From NCBI GenBank assembly GCA_048013815.1, contig CM106585.1:9920001-9984000 (forward strand): 64,000 bases of DNA. The letters run 5' to 3'. Position 1 is the stretch's first letter. Every line of letters starts with the position of its first letter. Source of the stretch: Setoptus koraiensis. Taxonomy: Eukaryota; Animalia; Arthropoda. Below are positions 61,016 through 64,000 of this stretch, in pieces. A program made the position numbers and the translations under genes. The notes under the pieces were generated by a model, which saw only the letters and a program-made list of their open reading frames with translations, was not told the DNA's origin and ran no database searches.

Positions 61016-64000
61016 TCATTTGACCCATGTTTTCGATGCCAATAACTCGGCCCTGGCGGCCGCCTCTTCATCGGGTGAGTCTAAATTTGAATAGTTGACA
61101 TAGCGTAGTGCTGATTGTTCATCCATGAGAGCCTGTGTTGTTTGTTCATGCGATAGGAGCAGTTATTACATTTGTCAGGTCAGAGATTACACAACACGAT
61201 AGAAGTAGTAGTAGTTTACATGGACAGACCGTGAAACGGGGGCCAGTGAAGGCGCCGAAACTCACCTGATTTTCGCTTCTTCCGGGAGGATTTCTCAGTA
61301 TTAGCATTAGGGGCGCGAATAAGAAACAAATAAACGCTGTGGCTATGACGAGTCCCTCGAAGCCAAAGAACTCGACCAGAGTGCCGCTAAGAGCCGGTCC
61401 AATGGCAAAGCTGGCGCAAAAAGCCACATCGCCAATGGCGTATACGCTGCCGTAGACAGAGGTGTGCCTTATGTCCACCAGGTAGCCGAGCATGGGCATC
61501 ATGGTGGAGTCCACCATTCCGATGGCAAATCCGATCGCTCCGTTGGGTATGATGAGATGATCGACGCTAGAGGCCAGGGGTATCTGGTTGAAATGGGAGT
61601 GTTGTGAGGCGCCAGATTTCAATTGGAACATACATATCGTCGATTGGTGACATATGGTCAGTAATTTTGAATGTGACGACAGAGGCTGCTGGTGTTTGTG
61701 TTGCTGTTGCTGATATACTCACAAGTAATAACGACAAACCAATGACAATCAGTCCAATCATGGCGGCCAACCAACGGCCCATTCTGTGGCCCAAATTGCC
61801 AAACATGTTTGTGCCAATCAAGTACTAGCGTCGGCAGTTGATTTAGATTGAAAGTTGCGCGACAATTTCAGTTAGTTAGTCTAGACAGACAAGGTGAAGT
61901 TATGTAACCGATGTGTGTAATTACCGATATCGCCGCTGGCAAGAAGGCGGCTCCCTGCTCTAAATTGCTGGCTCGCATGGTATCCATCATCCACAGGGGC
62001 AGCGACGGCTGCAACATAGTGTGCAAAAAGTGTATCAGTCATCATTAATTACATCGTCGCTTCAATTGTTTGCATTCAAAGTGACTGGTGCTCGTCACTG
62101 TTGTCAACAACTCACCTCCAGAATGGCTATGCCCATGTTGGCGAAAGTGATTGCGCCCGCCGCCACCAAAATGTAGGGATCTTTGATGAGGGTCAACAGA
62201 GTGGCGCCCTCGGCGGGACTTTCCGTCACTCTGGGCTGCAGGACCATCAATTGCAGTACTGGTTTTGTGACATTGGGTGAGATTGGGCGAGATTGGGCGA
62301 GATTGGGCGAGTTGGGTGAGATTTGGCGAGATTGGGCGAGATTGAGCGAGATTGGGCGAGATTGAGCGAGATTGGGCGAGATTGGGTTTGACAGAGCGGT
62401 CTCGGTGCATTGATGGGTCAACTTACTTCCTTCGAACAGGGCCAAAAACGACAGCACTATGAAGGGCGACGACTTTCCGACGAACTCGTACATGAAGCCC
62501 CCGAAGCTGCATGATTAGGCGGGCAGGTTGGTGCAAATTGAATTGGAACGGATTGAATTGTGAGCAATCAAATCGAAATCATCGAGTTGCTTCGCAATTA
62601 GAGATTATGGAGGATTTAATTAATTATCAAGCGGGCGGTATGAACACTTACGGTGGACCTATCACCACTCCGAGAGCGAGACCGCCTAAAGCGATGGCCA
62701 TGGCGTTACCACGTTCGCGGTCGTCCGGAAATCTGTCCGCCAGCATGCTCATGCCCGCCACCGAGGTGCAAGCGGAGCCCACTCCCTGCAGAGCTCTCGC
62801 AATGAACAGTATGGAATAGGTGCTGCCCATGGCGAACACTGGACACACGGCAAGCAAGCAAGCAACTAATTAGTTTTTGACTCTACTAATGAGTCATGAG
62901 TAAATGACTACTGGCCAATGATTTGTCGCCGCTGACCACTGCATGACGCAATGATTGCAGTGATAGCGGCACGTACTCACCCAATGTCGATATAAACATT
63001 ATGACGAAACCCGTGAACATGGGTATGGTGAAGCCCACTCTGTATAGATTGGTATGCATTAGCGACAAAAGAGGGGGCGCACAAATGAGTGTCACATGGT
63101 GTCAAATTGGCGTTGATTGGCAATCGGCAATTCGCAATTGACAATCGGCAATTCGCAATCGGCAATTGGCGATTCGCAATTCACAAACTGTAAACTTACT
63201 TGTTCGTCAGCGAACCGATAAACGGGTTCGCGATGGCCTGAACGATGGGCTTTGCGGCAAACATGATGCCCACCTCGAGGCTCTCGTCCACCAGGTCCTG
63301 GTGACTAATGATGAGATTGTCGCTGCCGTCCTGGACCGCCATCGGTTTTGGTGTTGTGGTGGTGGTGGTGGTGGTGGTGGTGGTGCTAGTTGTGGTTGTC
63401 TTGGGGCGCTGTCGCAGCGAGGCCACACTCTTGAGTCTGCTCACCTTGGCCGAGCCCGCCATTTCTCTCTTGGCCACTATTCGGCCGGTGTTTGCGGCCG
63501 AATTGGCAGCGGATTTTAGCTGCTCGTTGTCGTCGCTGACCGACTGTTGTCGGGCGTCGCGCGGGTCTGATTCCGGATCGGGGAGCGGTTCGTAGCTACT
63601 CGGGCCGGACCCGTTACTTCGGTTGCTCAGCGACTTGGCCCTGTTCGAGCTGGTGATTCGCTCCAGTTCGTCGGTGTTGTCGGTGGACAACACTGACGGC
63701 GCCCTATTAGCACTTTTCTCTGTCTGCTTTCGCCTGCCGCCGGACTGTTTTTGTGAGTTGTTGTTGTTCGTTTGTTGTTGTTTGCGTCTCGCCGGGCTGG
63801 AACTGGAATTGATATTTGAGTTTTGAAAATTAAAATCTTGATGATCGTCGTCTTCGTCCAGGTCGCGCATTATCACCCGACCGGCGAACGGTTTACCCTG
63901 GACCATTGTCAAACAGACGCCACCCAACGGCTGCTTGGTGAGACTCTTCAGGTCGGACAAAGTCGCCTGGAACTTTCGCAGCTCGGACACGCTAGGCGAA
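61016..64000 (-). CDS. VMAT: Vesicular monoamine transporter (SLC18/VMAT, MFS), 5'-incomplete; exons >64000-63200, 63039-62981, 62838-62652, 62506-62427, 62258-62116, 62008-61925, 61824-61723, 61583-61266, 61132-61016
   Basis: All eight GT-AG introns (100-168 nt) keep frame. Motifs [123 protein letters not shown]. Confidence 0.96.
62272..62386. repeat. 10-bp minisatellite (ATTGGGCGAG), about 11 units, inside a VMAT intron
   Basis: Directly visible tandem array occupying most of intron 62259-62426. Confidence 0.95.

Noticed and set aside
1-64000. CRISPR arrays, rRNA, tRNA, snRNA, prokaryotic or horizontally transferred operons
   Set aside because: None seen. Tandem repeats lack unique spacers and all recognisable genes are of eukaryotic type.

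Overview
Eukaryotic (animal) genomic DNA, gene-dense with GT-AG introns and Q/N/T-rich low complexity. It is probably an arthropod and most likely an acariform mite; this is inference from the gene set, a Dscam Ig7-Ig8-like protein and intron poverty. Recognisable genes in order: a small spliced membrane protein (-), PIKfyve/Fab1 (+, one 4.3-kb exon, no FYVE domain seen in the window), CC2D2A (+, intronless, about 2214 aa), an F-box/LRR protein (+), a two-Ig Dscam-like protein (+, after about 10 kb of GGGCCC-rich non-coding DNA), NDRG (-), about 14 kb of non-coding DNA, TCTP (+), RRS1 (-), an uncharacterised 492-aa ORF (+) and a vesicular monoamine transporter (-, at least 9 exons, running off the window end). 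The most unusual segment is 55.66-58.37 kb, a mosaic between TCTP and RRS1. There an inverted, internally deleted copy of PIKfyve is flanked by duplicated RRS1 3' ends. It is split by a 1.19-kb insert carrying a neuropeptide-precursor-like secreted ORF and a 75-bp-stem hairpin whose G:U bias points to a plus-strand structured RNA. All alignments and counts were done by eye; no database searches were run.
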